Shown: positions 1 through 11,227 of the stretch, piece by piece | How positions within the stretch are numbered: position 1 is the stretch's first letter | Layout of the letters: the number at the start of each line of letters is the position of its first letter | From: Ignavibacteria bacterium UBA6688 | GTDB taxonomy: Bacteria > Bacteroidota > Ignavibacteria > UBA10030 | Assembly: GCA_002454845.1 (NCBI GenBank) | Contig: DKJQ01000348.1 | Span: 1 to 39,381, forward strand | Direction of reading: 5' to 3' | DNA length: 39,381 nucleotides | Translations under genes and position numbers: made by a program | The notes under the pieces: generated by a model | What the model was told of the DNA's origin: nothing | Database searches by the model: none | Seen by the model: only the letters and a program-made list of their open reading frames with translations

Positions 1-591
1 CAGCACTGCGTTGTCGGCATCCGACAACGGCTGGCGTCTGATGAGGTCGGCGCTGATCTTGATGGCTGCAAGCGGATTATTAAACTCGTGGCACACTGTC
101 ACGACTAACTCGCGGATCGCCTCCGCCCGCTTTTCCGCGATGAGCATGCGTTTCTCAACTGCCTTGATCTGCTTGTGTATCCGAACGCGATCTAATACGT
201 TGACGATCGTGCGGGGGAGAATGGACTCGGCCAGATCCTCCTTGATCAGGAAGTCCTCCACGCCCAGCTTCATGGCTTCAATGGCAAGCTTGAAATCGCG
301 TGTGGCGGTAATGAAGACAATGGGGATCTCGGAATTCATCTCGTTGAGTTGCAGGCAGAATTCAAGCCCGTTGGACCCCTGCAAAACATAGTCCGTGAGG
401 ATGAGGTCGAGCGCCTTGTTTTGCTGTACTTCCAGCAGCGCTTCTTCGACATTCTCTTTCCAGATGAGTTTGAACTCGCGGTTCTGGAATTTTTGGAGGT
501 GGTGCTGGACGAGTTTCGCAAAACTGATATCGTCGTCTACCAGGAGAACATGGATGAGCTTGTGCTGTGTCGGGAAGGGGGACTCGGTCAT
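1..591 (-). CDS. Hybrid sensor histidine kinase with N-terminal receiver domain (5' portion only; gene runs off the left edge)
   Basis: Not in the ORF track because there is no stop inside the window. My translation of the minus strand from the ATG at 591..589 gives MTESPFPTQHKLIHVLLVDDDISFAKLV...LDLILTDYVLQGSNGLEF...IVFITA...AMKLGVEDFLIKE, a receiver domain. A linker follows, then the H-box VTVCHEFNNPLAAIKI (HisKA). There are 197 in-frame codons with no stop down to position 1. Confidence 0.8.
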   Translation of the reverse strand, partial: MTESPFPTQHKLIHVLLVDDDISFAKLVQHHLQKFQNREFKLIWKENVEEALLEVQQNKALDLILTDYVLQGSNGLEFCLQLNEMNSEIPIVFITATRDFKLAIEAMKLGVEDFLIKEDLAESILPRTIVNVLDRVRIHKQIKAVEKRMLIAEKRAEAIRELVVTVCHEFNNPLAAIKISADLIRRQPLSDADNAVL

Positions 592-782
592 AAGTGCAAA
601 AAGGTAAGGGAAGTTCCTTTGAGTTGCAACGAAGGACTTCATGAGGGGGTATTCCCGTGAGGTGATTCCGACGGTTGCATTTCAGAGGGAATTTCTCTAT
701 ACTGCCCGCACTTTCCGCTCCCTGCAATACGGATCGCCCACGGACCGTGCGGCGGAGGGCTGAGTCTCAAGGAGATCGATCT

Positions 783-1154
783 ATGCCTCAAAAAAACAGA
801 ATTCTCGTTGTCGACGATGAAGATGCTCTCCGGACGGTTCTGAGTTCAGAGCTGGAAGGGGAGGGATACAAAGTAGCGTCGGCGGCTGACGGTTCGGAGG
901 CAATCGAGATCCTGAAGAAGGACGAGTTCGACCTCATTCTCCTCGATATCAAAATGCCCAACGTCGACGGTTTCGAAGTGCTGAAATTTGTCAAGGAAAC
1001 CCATCCCGACACCAAGGTGATCATGCTGACCGGTTTTGCCGACTTGAAGAATGCGATCGAATCGAAGAAACTTGGCGCGGAGGATTTTGTCAGCAAACCC
1101 TACGATCTTGTCGACCTGCTTACGACTGTTGAGCGCGTTCTGAGTGGAGTCTAA
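783..1154 (+). CDS. Stand-alone response-regulator receiver (CheY-like) protein
   Basis: [17 protein letters not shown]...FDLILLDIKMPNVDGFEVL...VIMLTGF...KLGAEDFVSKPYD is a canonical REC domain. The ATG at 783 is preceded by AAGGAGA. The upstream part of track ORF 675..1154 has no domain content. Confidence 0.9.
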   Translation: MPQKNRILVVDDEDALRTVLSSELEGEGYKVASAADGSEAIEILKKDEFDLILLDIKMPNVDGFEVLKFVKETHPDTKVIMLTGFADLKNAIESKKLGAEDFVSKPYDLVDLLTTVERVLSGV

Positions 1155-1176
1155 CCCCATCGCGCCGGGGAGCCTC

Positions 1177-2568
1177 ATGCCGAAGAAGTTCCAAATCCTC
1201 GTAGTTGACGACGAAGAATCCATCACGTTTCTCCTCAAGACCGAACTCGAAGAGCTCGGCGGATACGACGTCGATGTTGCCTTGAACGGTACCGAGGCAA
1301 TCAACCTCCTCCAATCCAAAATTTACGACATTGTTTTGCTTGACATCAAAATGCCCCGCGTCAGCGGCATCGATGTCCTGAGGTTCATCAATGAGCACGC
1401 CCCCACCACGCAAGTCATCATGCTCACCAACATCGTCGACTATAAAACCGCGATCGAGACGATGAAACTTGGCGCTTATGATTTTGTAAGCAAACCGTAC
1501 GATACCGATCAGCTACTCGCTACCATGAGCCGCGCGCTTGACCGGCGTCAGCTTGTCATTGACAAAAAGGTCATGTACAACGAGCTGAACCGCATCACGG
1601 GGTCGAGCGGCATCATCGGGGAAAGCCCGGCTTTCAAAAATGTCATTGAGAATGTCAGGAAGGTGGCTGCCAGCGAGGCGTTTGTTCTGATCCAGGGCCC
1701 CAGCGGAACGGGCAAGGAGCTTGTAGCCCACCTGCTCCACAACGAAAGCCCGCATAAAGATCGCCCGTTCGTAGCCGTGAACTGCGCTTCGATTCCCGAC
1801 CAGCTGCTGGAAAGCGAACTCTTCGGCCATGAAAAAGGGTCGTTTACCAATGCCTATTCCGCCAAACAGGGTTTGGTGGAAGTGGCGGATGGTGGCACGC
1901 TCTTCCTTGATGAGGTTGGGGATATCAGCCAGCCGACGCAGGCAAAGCTCCTTCGTTTTCTCGAGACGGGGGAATTCCGCCGCGTGGGGGGCACCGCTTC
2001 CATGCATGTCAGCGTACGGGTGGTTTCAGCCACCAATAAGGACCTCCAGAAGCAGGTTCAGGAGGGGAAGTTTCGGGAGGATCTTTTGTACCGGCTGAAT
2101 GTGGTCAGTATTCAGATCCCGCCCTTGAGAGAGCGGAAAGAGGACATCCCTCTTCTCATAGCACACTTTGTTAAACGTAAATCGAAATCCAAGACAAAAA
2201 CGGTAAGTCCTGAGGCCTTGGCATTGCTCATGCAATATGATTGGCCGGGTAACGTGCGAGAATTGGAACATGTCATTGAGGGGTCTTCCATCCTTTCACA
2301 GGGTGAGGTTATTGAACCCCGCGACCTGTGGATTAACCCCGCTCTTGCACAGCAGGTTCCATCTCACGCAGCGGCGCTATCGAACAATGGAACTCCACCC
2401 CTGGTGTCCCTGGAGGAGATCGAGAAGATTCACATTCAAAGGGTTCTTGAGCATCACAATTGGAACAGGGTGAAAACTGCAGAAATCCTCGGTATTACAA
2501 CCAAAACGCTCTACCTGAAGATCAAACGGTACAAGCTTCAGGTCCCGCCGCCAGGGAATAACGCGTAA
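1177..2568 (+). CDS. Sigma-54-dependent transcriptional activator, NtrC family (REC + AAA+ + Fis-type HTH)
   Basis: The product has a REC domain (ILVVDDEE...LLDIKMP...SKPYD) and Walker A GPSGTGKE. It also has [15 protein letters not shown] (a GAFTGA-loop variant), GTLFLDEVG, RVVSATN and FREDLLYRLNV. The C-terminal HTH is TAEILGITTKTLYLKIKRY. The start could be 1144 or 1177; 1177 gives the usual MxKK..ILVVDD N-terminus. Confidence 0.9.
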   Translation: MPKKFQILVVDDEESITFLLKTELEELGGYDVDVALNGTEAINLLQSKIYDIVLLDIKMPRVSGIDVLRFINEHAPTTQVIMLTNIVDYKTAIETMKLGAYDFVSKPYDTDQLLATMSRALDRRQLVIDKKVMYNELNRITGSSGIIGESPAFKNVIENVRKVAASEAFVLIQGPSGTGKELVAHLLHNESPHKDRPFVAVNCASIPDQLLESELFGHEKGSFTNAYSAKQGLVEVADGGTLFLDEVGDISQPTQAKLLRFLETGEFRRVGGTASMHVSVRVVSATNKDLQKQVQEGKFREDLLYRLNVVSIQIPPLRERKEDIPLLIAHFVKRKSKSKTKTVSPEALALLMQYDWPGNVRELEHVIEGSSILSQGEVIEPRDLWINPALAQQVPSHAAALSNNGTPPLVSLEEIEKIHIQRVLEHHNWNRVKTAEILGITTKTLYLKIKRYKLQVPPPGNNA

Positions 2569-2634
2569 GCTCTTGACCAGCCGCACTCTTTACCTCTCCT
2601 CCCCTCATTGTTCATATAGGGTTTCCCTCTGATT

Positions 2635-2667
2635 TTTTTTTGGATCCAGTGCAACTTTTTTTGGATC
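2635..2667 (+). repeat. Direct repeat TTTTTTTGGATC x2, 21 bp apart
   Basis: Identical 12-mers lie at 2635-2646 and 2656-2667, in the AT-rich region downstream of the NtrC-type gene and upstream of gcdH. Confidence 0.5.
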
Positions 2668-2715
2668 GTGCCGTCTAAATGTTGGGAGCATTAAAAAAGC
2701 TACCTCCTTCTTGAT

Positions 2716-2774
2716 GAGCCAGTTATCGGTCGCCTATGGTGGGACGATTGAGAAACTGGCTCTCTTATTTTTCC
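2716..2774 (+). promoter_or_regulatory. Long imperfect hairpin followed by a T-rich tract (terminator or attenuator candidate) in the 327-nt gap before gcdH
   Basis: GAGCCAGTT (2716-2724) pairs perfectly with AACTGGCTC (2754-2762). An inner ATCG/CGAT pair extends the stem. TCTTATTTTTCC follows immediately. Confidence 0.35.
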
Positions 2775-2895
2775 CCCTACCGTTCCTTACCTTGACTTTC
2801 GCGGCTTAATTAACTAATTTTTGCCACATTCGACGGGCAACAATCCCTCCTGTCGTTTATTCTAGACACATCTTATTCCCTCCGAGGAATCTTTC

Positions 2896-4065
2896 ATGTC
2901 GGCGTATCAAGGCCTGGACTATTATACCATCGATGAGGCGTTGTCCGAAGACGAACTTCTCGTCCGCAATACCGTGCACGAGTTTGTTGCCGATAACGTT
3001 CTCCCTGTCATCGAACGGCATTATGAGGCGGGTACGTTTCCCATGGATTTGATTCCCCAAATGGCAGAGATCGGGTTGTTTGGACCTACACTCCCGGAGC
3101 GGTACGGATGCGCAGGATTGAATAATGTTGCGTATGGGCTGATGATGCAGGAGTTGGAGCGGGGGGACAGCGGTGTTCGCAGTTTTGCTTCGGTGCAGAG
3201 CGGGCTCGTGATGTACCCGATCTTTACGTTCGGAACGGAACAGCAGAAGGATCACTGGCTTCCGGGACTTGCGCGCGGCGAGAAAATCGGTTGCTTTGGA
3301 TTGACGGAACCGGACTTCGGCTCGAATCCCGGAGGGATGATCACGCGGGCTGAGCGAAGGGAGGGGGGCTATGTCCTGAATGGGGCCAAGATGTGGATCA
3401 CCAATGGAACGATTGCCGACGTCGCCGTTGTGTGGGCGAAACTGGAGGGAGAGATTAAGGGATTCTTGGTCGAAAAGGGAACAAAGGGGTTTACCGCCCC
3501 GGAGATGAAGGGGAAACATTCCCTCAGGGCGTCCGTGACCTCCGAATTGGTATTTCAGGATTGCCTGATCCCCGAAGAGAATATTCTGCCGGGTTCCGGC
3601 GGATTGAAATCGCCTTTGATGTGTCTTACCCAGGCACGATATGGTATTGCGTGGGGCGCGTTGGGCTCGGCCATGGCGTGTTACGATACGGCCCTGTCCT
3701 ACGCAAAATCACGTATCCAGTTTGGAAAACCTATTGCGGGATTCCAGATGACACAGGAAAAACTTGTCCATATGGTCACGGAAATCACAAAAGGACAGCT
3801 TCTTTGTCTTCAGCTCGGGCGACTGAAGGATCAGGGGAAGGCGAAATTCAACCAGGTGTCGATGGCCAAGCGGAATAATGTCTACTACGCGCTCGAGATT
3901 GCCCGCATGGCGCGTGAGATTCTGGGCGCGAACGGAATCCTGAATGAGTACCCGGTGATGCGCCATGCAGCGAACCTGGAATCGGTGAAAACGTACGAAG
4001 GCACCCATGAAATGCATACCCTGATCATCGGTGAAGACATCACCGGCATCGGGGCGTTCACGTAA
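2896..4065 (+). CDS. gcdH: Glutaryl-CoA dehydrogenase (acyl-CoA dehydrogenase family)
   Basis: 389 aa. Motifs are [23 protein letters not shown] and the C-terminal [21 protein letters not shown], which closely resembles the GCDH signature TYEGTHDIHALILG. An SD-like GAGGAA lies upstream of the ATG. Confidence 0.85.
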   Translation: MSAYQGLDYYTIDEALSEDELLVRNTVHEFVADNVLPVIERHYEAGTFPMDLIPQMAEIGLFGPTLPERYGCAGLNNVAYGLMMQELERGDSGVRSFASVQSGLVMYPIFTFGTEQQKDHWLPGLARGEKIGCFGLTEPDFGSNPGGMITRAERREGGYVLNGAKMWITNGTIADVAVVWAKLEGEIKGFLVEKGTKGFTAPEMKGKHSLRASVTSELVFQDCLIPEENILPGSGGLKSPLMCLTQARYGIAWGALGSAMACYDTALSYAKSRIQFGKPIAGFQMTQEKLVHMVTEITKGQLLCLQLGRLKDQGKAKFNQVSMAKRNNVYYALEIARMAREILGANGILNEYPVMRHAANLESVKTYEGTHEMHTLIIGEDITGIGAFT

Positions 4066-4075
4066 CGATGTGTAA

Positions 4076-5554
<1,479 letters not shown>

Positions 5555-5584
5555 CCATCCTTCCGACGAACGAGTCACTGCGCG

Positions 5585-6670
5585 ATGCTCCAGAGGAGTC
5601 CCCAGGCACGAAGGGTTGAAGAGGTCCGACATCGGGTGGTGCGTTCCCGTCTCGACGCGTTCCTGGTTACCTCCCTTCCCCATGTTCGATACCTCTCGGG
5701 TTTCTCCGGGTCACACGCCGTGGCTGTTCTCACCAAGGATTCACTTTGGCTTCTCACGGATGGCCGCTATGCAGACCAGGTCCGGGACGAGGTGCTTTCT
5801 GCAAAAATTCTCATCGCAAAAGGGAGTTTGTGGGGTGAGATCAGCCGGTGCGGACTGTTTCGCCATGAGCGACGCATCGGCGTTGAAGCGCAACATCTCT
5901 CTGTTGCTTCCATGGGGAGCCTCAAGAAACTGTTTCCGAAGAAGCGATTTGCCCTGACATCCGGGTTGATCGAGGGCGTTGCAACAGTCAAGGATGATTC
6001 CGAAATTGAGCGAATCAAACGCGCGGTGGCAATCACCGACAAAGTTTTTAAGAAACTCCTGACCATCCTCAAGCCGGGACTGGCGGAAAAAGAGATTGCC
6101 GCGGAGATCAGCTACTGGCACAGGAAGTACGGCGCGGATGCCGATGCGTTCGAGCCGATTGTCGCGAGCGGCCTACGAGGTGCCTTCCCGCATGCTCGTG
6201 CATCGGAGAAAATCGTTCGCAAGGGAGAACTCGTGACGCTCGATTTCGGTTGCCGGTTCGAGGGGTATCATAGCGACCTCACAAGGACGGTCGCAGTCGG
6301 CGCTCCTTCGCGCAAAGCGAGAGGCATCTATACTGCGGTGTTGCAGGCACAGGAACTGGCGATCGGGGCAGCACACGCGGGCATGTCCGGGAGAGCGCTC
6401 GATGCCCTGAGCCGCCGATCCCTGCGGCGCGGGAATCTGGCGAAGTACTTTACCCATTCCCTCGGCCATGGTCTGGGACTGCGGGTCCATGAAATTCCGC
6501 GCTTGTCCAGACTCAGTAACGACGTCCTCGTTGCGGGCAACGTCGTGACCATCGAACCGGGAGTCTATCTTCCCGGCTTCGGCGGGGTTCGTATTGAAGA
6601 TGATCTGCTGATCCACAAAGACCATGGGGAAGTGCTGAATCGGTCCCCGAAGGAATTGATCGTGGTATGA
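5585..6670 (+). CDS. M24B family Xaa-Pro aminopeptidase/dipeptidase
   Basis: 361 aa. A creatinase-like N-domain is followed by a pita-bread fold with DFGCRFEGYHSDLTRT, HSLGHGLGLRVHE and VTIEPGVY...GGVRIED metal ligands. Confidence 0.88.
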   Translation: MLQRSPQARRVEEVRHRVVRSRLDAFLVTSLPHVRYLSGFSGSHAVAVLTKDSLWLLTDGRYADQVRDEVLSAKILIAKGSLWGEISRCGLFRHERRIGVEAQHLSVASMGSLKKLFPKKRFALTSGLIEGVATVKDDSEIERIKRAVAITDKVFKKLLTILKPGLAEKEIAAEISYWHRKYGADADAFEPIVASGLRGAFPHARASEKIVRKGELVTLDFGCRFEGYHSDLTRTVAVGAPSRKARGIYTAVLQAQELAIGAAHAGMSGRALDALSRRSLRRGNLAKYFTHSLGHGLGLRVHEIPRLSRLSNDVLVAGNVVTIEPGVYLPGFGGVRIEDDLLIHKDHGEVLNRSPKELIVV

Positions 6671-7986
6671 TAAACGCTATGCGCAATGTGCTGGTGATCG
6701 CGTATTACTTCCCCCCCATGGGACTCAGCGGGGTTCAGCGGACGGCGAAGTTCGTCAAGTACCTTCCCAAGTATGGATGGAAGCCAACGGTGTTGACGGT
6801 TGGGAAGACCGGGTATTATGCCATGGATGAATCATTGTTGACTGAAGTGGAGCAGGCAGGAGCGAATATCGTCCGCGCCAGTTCCCTCGACGCCAATCGG
6901 TTGTTCAAAAAGCAGAGTGTCGTCAAAATGCCCTCGGAACGGATGAGGAAGTTCCTCCAGTTCTGCGGCGACTCCGTTTTCTTCCCCGACACGAAAATCG
7001 GCTGGAAATCCAGTGCCCTGAAGGCTGCATCGGACCTTCTGCGACGGGAGCCCTTCGACTTGATCTTTGCGACCGCTCCACCCCAGACCGATTTCCTCAT
7101 TGCCCGGGAGTTGAAGCATCGGTTCAAACTTCCCGTTGTTCTGGACTATCGCGACGCCTGGCTTGAATATCCCTTCAAGTACTATCCGACTCCCGTCCAT
7201 CGCTACGTGCATTATCGGATGGAGAAGAGTGTGTTGAAAGCCGCCGACAAAGTTGTCGTGACCCTGAGGAGCGTCAAGGAGAGTATTTTGAAGCACTACC
7301 TGGCCCTCGACTTCCAGGATGTCGTGATTATCCCACAAGGATACGATCCGGAAGATCTTGACACCGGCCGGGTTTCGCATCCCCCTCGACGGAACAAGCT
7401 TCGAATCGCCCATGCAGGGACTTTTTACGCGGAGCGCACCCCCTCCGTTCTTCTCCATGCCCTTCATAATATTTTCCAGGCATCGCCGACCCTGCGGGGA
7501 AGAATTGAGCTTACGTTGATCGGCAACATACGCGGGGAGGACCAACTTCTGGTCAACAAGCTGGGTCTTCAGAACGATGTGAACTTTACAGGATATCTCG
7601 AACACAAAGAGTGCATAGGAAAGCTTCTGGAATCGGACCTCCTCTGGTTTGTTCTGGACAATCCGTACCAATCTCCCGGAAAGCTGTACGAATATATCGG
7701 CACCCGCAAACCGATCCTGGCGTCGGTGGTGGAGGGGCATGTCAAGCAGTTGATCCTGGAGAGCAAGGCGGGTGTCTGTGTCCCGCTGAACGATGTCGGA
7801 GCGCATGAGCAGGCATTACTGGACATCTTTGCACGCTATCAGCGGAACGAACTGAAGTCGATTCCCGCCGAATTTGCGCGGAGATATAACCGCCTTCAGT
7901 TGACCGGGGAGCTGGCGAAACAATTCGAAGCCTTGATGGACATTGATAAGAATGCCTTGGTGCGGAGGGAGGAACGCGTCGCATGA
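6667..7986 (+). CDS. Glycosyltransferase, GT4-like (GT-B fold)
   Basis: 439 aa. N-terminal VLVIAYYFPPMGLSGVQRTAKFVKYLPKYGW, with a C-terminal E-x7-E-like region (PGKLYEYIGTRKPILA). ATGA overlap with the preceding gene. Confidence 0.75.
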   Translation: MINAMRNVLVIAYYFPPMGLSGVQRTAKFVKYLPKYGWKPTVLTVGKTGYYAMDESLLTEVEQAGANIVRASSLDANRLFKKQSVVKMPSERMRKFLQFCGDSVFFPDTKIGWKSSALKAASDLLRREPFDLIFATAPPQTDFLIARELKHRFKLPVVLDYRDAWLEYPFKYYPTPVHRYVHYRMEKSVLKAADKVVVTLRSVKESILKHYLALDFQDVVIIPQGYDPEDLDTGRVSHPPRRNKLRIAHAGTFYAERTPSVLLHALHNIFQASPTLRGRIELTLIGNIRGEDQLLVNKLGLQNDVNFTGYLEHKECIGKLLESDLLWFVLDNPYQSPGKLYEYIGTRKPILASVVEGHVKQLILESKAGVCVPLNDVGAHEQALLDIFARYQRNELKSIPAEFARRYNRLQLTGELAKQFEALMDIDKNALVRREERVA

Positions 7987-9287
7987 ACGTGCTGGTGATC
8001 GGTTCAGGAGGACGGGAACATGCGCTTGTCTGGAAACTGCGCCACAGCGACCGCGTCCATAAGCTGTATTGCGCCCCCGGCAATGCAGGAATCAGCCGGC
8101 ATTGTGAACTTGTTCCCCTCAAACCGACGGATCTTGATGGTCTTCTCCGATTTGCCAGAGAAAAAGAAATTAACCTGACCGTCGTCGGGCCCGAAGGACC
8201 GCTCGTGCAGGGGATCGTCGACCTCTTTGAAACAAACGGACTCCCGATTTTCGGTCCGAGGAAAGCTGCCGCGAAGTTGGAAGGGAGCAAGGTGTACTCC
8301 AAAGATTTTATGACTCGGTACGGTATCCCCACCGCGCGGTATCAAAGCTTCACGGTGGGACAACGGTTCGAGGCGGAACGATTCGTCTACGAATTGGTTC
8401 CCCCGATTGTGGTGAAGGCGGACGGACTTGCCGCGGGTAAAGGTGTACTGATCTGTGAGACCGCCGAGATTGCGATTGCAGCCCTTACCGATATCATGGT
8501 TCATCACGCGTTCGGTCCGGCAGGGGAAAGGGTGGTGATCGAGGAGTTTCTGGCAGGGGAGGAGGCGTCTGTGTTTGCCGTAACCGACGGCGAGCGCTCC
8601 ATTACACTCGCGGCTGCGCAGGATCATAAACGTATTCTGGACGGGGACCTTGGCAAAAACACCGGGGGTATGGGCGCGTATGCACCTGCTCCCATCGTGA
8701 CAGCGGAAATGTTTCAACGTGTTGAACAGGAAATTATCGGGCCGACCCTGAGAGGTATGAAAGCGGAAGGAACGCCCTACACCGGATGCCTCTATTGCGG
8801 CCTCATGATCACCGAAACAGGCCCCAAGGTCATCGAGTACAACTGTCGCTTCGGCGATCCGGAGACGCAGGTCGTGATCCCGCTCATCCAAGGCGACCTC
8901 GCCGACCTGTTTCTCTCCGTGGCCCGGGGAAAACTGGATCCCGCGACCGTGGGGCGGCACCCGGCCTCAGCCGTCTGCGTCGTGATGGCATCAAGAGGAT
9001 ATCCGGATGATTACGAGACAGGCGCTGTTGTCAGGGGGCTCGATTCGTTCAAGGCTGAAGACGGCATCGTGGTCTTTCATGCCGGTACAAAGAAGGAAGG
9101 GGAGGAGATCCTGACATCCGGTGGAAGGGTTCTCGGGGTCACCGCCATCGGATACGATCATGATCTGCAGGGAACCATCAGGAATGCCTACACGGCCGTC
9201 AGCAAAATCGCATTCGATGGGGCGTACTATCGGTCCGATATAGGCCAAAAAGCACTGAAGCGCATACCACAGGAGAAGACGCGTTGA
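7983..9287 (+). CDS. purD: Phosphoribosylamine--glycine ligase
   Basis: 434 aa. MNVLVIGSGGREHALVWKL..., an ATP-grasp core (VVKADGLAAGKGV, EEFLAGEEAS), DHKR...GDLGKNTGGMGAY and VIEYNCRFGDPE. Confidence 0.97.
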   Translation: MNVLVIGSGGREHALVWKLRHSDRVHKLYCAPGNAGISRHCELVPLKPTDLDGLLRFAREKEINLTVVGPEGPLVQGIVDLFETNGLPIFGPRKAAAKLEGSKVYSKDFMTRYGIPTARYQSFTVGQRFEAERFVYELVPPIVVKADGLAAGKGVLICETAEIAIAALTDIMVHHAFGPAGERVVIEEFLAGEEASVFAVTDGERSITLAAAQDHKRILDGDLGKNTGGMGAYAPAPIVTAEMFQRVEQEIIGPTLRGMKAEGTPYTGCLYCGLMITETGPKVIEYNCRFGDPETQVVIPLIQGDLADLFLSVARGKLDPATVGRHPASAVCVVMASRGYPDDYETGAVVRGLDSFKAEDGIVVFHAGTKKEGEEILTSGGRVLGVTAIGYDHDLQGTIRNAYTAVSKIAFDGAYYRSDIGQKALKRIPQEKTR

Positions 9288-10204
9288 AGATCCTTGTAAC
9301 CGGCGGAGCCGGATTTATCGGTTCGCATATCGTCGATGCGTACGTCGGAGGGGGGCACACTGTTGTGGTCGTCGACGATCTTTCCAGCGGAAGGCGGGAG
9401 AACCTTCATCCGAAGGCACTGTTTTACCAACTTGATATCCGTGACTCCGGACTTGAAAAAGTGTTCAAGGAACATGCCATCGATGTCGTGAATCACCACG
9501 CGGCGCAAATGGATGTGCGTCGCTCGGTTGACGATCCGCAATTCGACGCGGGGGTGAATGTGATAGGCGGGCTGAACGTTTTGGAATCTGCACGGAAGCA
9601 TGGAGTGGCAAAATTTATTTTTTCCTCGACCGGAGGGGCGATTTACGGGGAACAGGACTATTTTCCTGCCGACGAGGAGCATCCGACCCGGCCGCTTTCT
9701 CCCTATGGGATCTCAAAGCTCTCCACAGAGCACTATCTCTTTTTCTACAGGGAAACGTACGGCAAGCAGTACACTATCTTGCGCTATGCAAACGTCTATG
9801 GTCCGAGACAAAACCCGCATGGTGAAGCAGGGGTCGTCGCGATTTTTGCAGCCAAAATGCTCAAGGGTGAACAGCCTTTGATCAACGGCGACGGGACGCA
9901 GACTCGCGACTATACGTACGTCGCAGATGTGGTGCGGGCAAACGTTCTTGCTCTTCAGGCAGACGGCTCCCATACGTTTAATGTCGGGACCGGAGTGGAA
10001 ACCGACGTGAACGTTCTGTTTCGAAGTCTCGCCAGAATCCTGAGCCCGTCGACGCCGGAGACCCATGGACCCGCAAAACCGGGGGAACAGAAGCGCAGCG
10101 TCATCAGCTTCAAGAACATCCAGCGGGCATGGGGTTGGAGTCCGACTGTGACCCTCGAGGAGGGACTGCAACTGACTGCCGAATACTTTCGGAAACAACA
10201 GTGA
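9284..10204 (+). CDS. NAD-dependent sugar-nucleotide epimerase/dehydratase (UDP-glucose 4-epimerase-like SDR)
   Basis: 306 aa. MKILVTGGAGFIGSH, SSTGGAIYG, catalytic YGISK, and RYANVYGPRQ. TTG start overlaps the purD stop by 4 nt. Confidence 0.85.
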   Translation: MKILVTGGAGFIGSHIVDAYVGGGHTVVVVDDLSSGRRENLHPKALFYQLDIRDSGLEKVFKEHAIDVVNHHAAQMDVRRSVDDPQFDAGVNVIGGLNVLESARKHGVAKFIFSSTGGAIYGEQDYFPADEEHPTRPLSPYGISKLSTEHYLFFYRETYGKQYTILRYANVYGPRQNPHGEAGVVAIFAAKMLKGEQPLINGDGTQTRDYTYVADVVRANVLALQADGSHTFNVGTGVETDVNVLFRSLARILSPSTPETHGPAKPGEQKRSVISFKNIQRAWGWSPTVTLEEGLQLTAEYFRKQQ

Positions 10205-10213
10205 GGATGTCTG

Positions 10214-11227
10214 TTGAAGGCCGCGATCGACCATATCGTGAAGAGTTTGCATCAGGGAGAGCGTCGTGCCGTAGCACGGGCGATTTCGCTTGTGGAGAAC
10301 GATGCGCCTTCCGCAGTGGAGTTGTTGAACGGAGTGTATGCCCGGACCGGGAACGCATACCGGATTGGAATTACGGGTCCACCGGGAGCGGGTAAAAGCA
10401 CGCTGACCAACAAGCTCGCGAAGCATTTTCGCGGCGAGGGTCGGACGGTGGGAATTATCGCTGTCGATCCGACGAGTCCTTTTACGGGGGGCGCTCTTCT
10501 CGGGGACCGTGTCCGTATGTCGGAAGTTGAACTTGATGCGGGAGTGTTCATACGCAGCATGGCGTCCCGGGGAAGCCTGGGTGGATTAAGCAAAAAAGCG
10601 AAAGAAGCTGCGGACATTCTCGACGCGGCGGGCTATGAGATCGTATTAATGGAAACGGTGGGCGTCGGCCAATCGGAGCTCGATATTGCAGCCGCTTCCG
10701 ATACGACCATCGTCGTCCTCGTCCCGGAGTCGGGCGATGCGATCCAGGCCATGAAAGCCGGATTGATGGAAATCGGTGATTTCTTTGTGCTGAACAAGGC
10801 TGATCGGCCCGGTGCAGACCAAGCCGTGATGTCGATCAAGATGATTCTGGGATTTAGGCCGCATGATGCGGATCATTGGCTGCCTGATGTTGTGAAAACA
10901 CAGGCAAGCGACGGAAAAGGTGTGGCGGAGGTTGCCGCCCTGATCCAACGACACCGTGAGTACCTCGCCTCCAGCGGGACCTTGGAACAGCGACGTACCG
11001 TTCGTCTCGAGCGTCGCATCCGGGAAATCATCGATGACCGGCTGCGAGTGGATTTCTGGGATGTCAATCGATCCGGCGAGCTCTCCGCTCGGCTGGCCAA
11101 GGTCTATCGGAAAGAACTCTCGCCGTACGACCTGGCCGCGATGCTTGTGGAGGATTTTAAACGCTTTCCGGCACAAACAGGAGAAACAAATCACCATGGA
11201 ACAATTTCAAATCGGGGAGGAGCATGA
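10214..11227 (+). CDS. meaB: Methylmalonyl-CoA mutase-associated G-protein chaperone (MeaB/ArgK family)
   Basis: 337 aa. P-loop GITGPPGAGKSTL, VDPTSPFTGGALLGDR, ETVGVGQSE and NKADR. Confidence 0.9.
   Translation: MKAAIDHIVKSLHQGERRAVARAISLVENDAPSAVELLNGVYARTGNAYRIGITGPPGAGKSTLTNKLAKHFRGEGRTVGIIAVDPTSPFTGGALLGDRVRMSEVELDAGVFIRSMASRGSLGGLSKKAKEAADILDAAGYEIVLMETVGVGQSELDIAAASDTTIVVLVPESGDAIQAMKAGLMEIGDFFVLNKADRPGADQAVMSIKMILGFRPHDADHWLPDVVKTQASDGKGVAEVAALIQRHREYLASSGTLEQRRTVRLERRIREIIDDRLRVDFWDVNRSGELSARLAKVYRKELSPYDLAAMLVEDFKRFPAQTGETNHHGTISNRGGA

Noticed and set aside
11-727. Several plus- and minus-strand track ORFs at the left edge (11..391, 349..660, 362..727, 395..607)
   Set aside because: They are displaced by the open-ended minus-strand frame 1..591, which encodes a clean receiver domain and an HisKA H-box. 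The track ORFs have no motifs.
592-782. Sigma-54 promoter search in the divergent kinase/receiver intergenic region (TTGCA motifs at about 633 and 676)
   Set aside because: Neither TTGCA has a GG dinucleotide at the required 12-nt upstream register.
6832-7806. 324-aa minus-strand ORF antisense to the glycosyltransferase gene
   Set aside because: It lies entirely inside a plus-strand gene with clear family motifs. Its own translation is Arg/Gly/Pro/Leu-rich with no motif, which is the typical shadow ORF of GC-rich coding DNA.
8004-8960. 318-aa minus-strand ORF antisense to purD
   Set aside because: purD on the plus strand is unambiguous, and the antisense product has no recognisable domain. 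The same reasoning applies to 15539..16300 (antisense to the carboxyltransferase), 24114..24932 (antisense to the nucleotidyltransferase/mutase) and 36123..36839 (antisense to parB).
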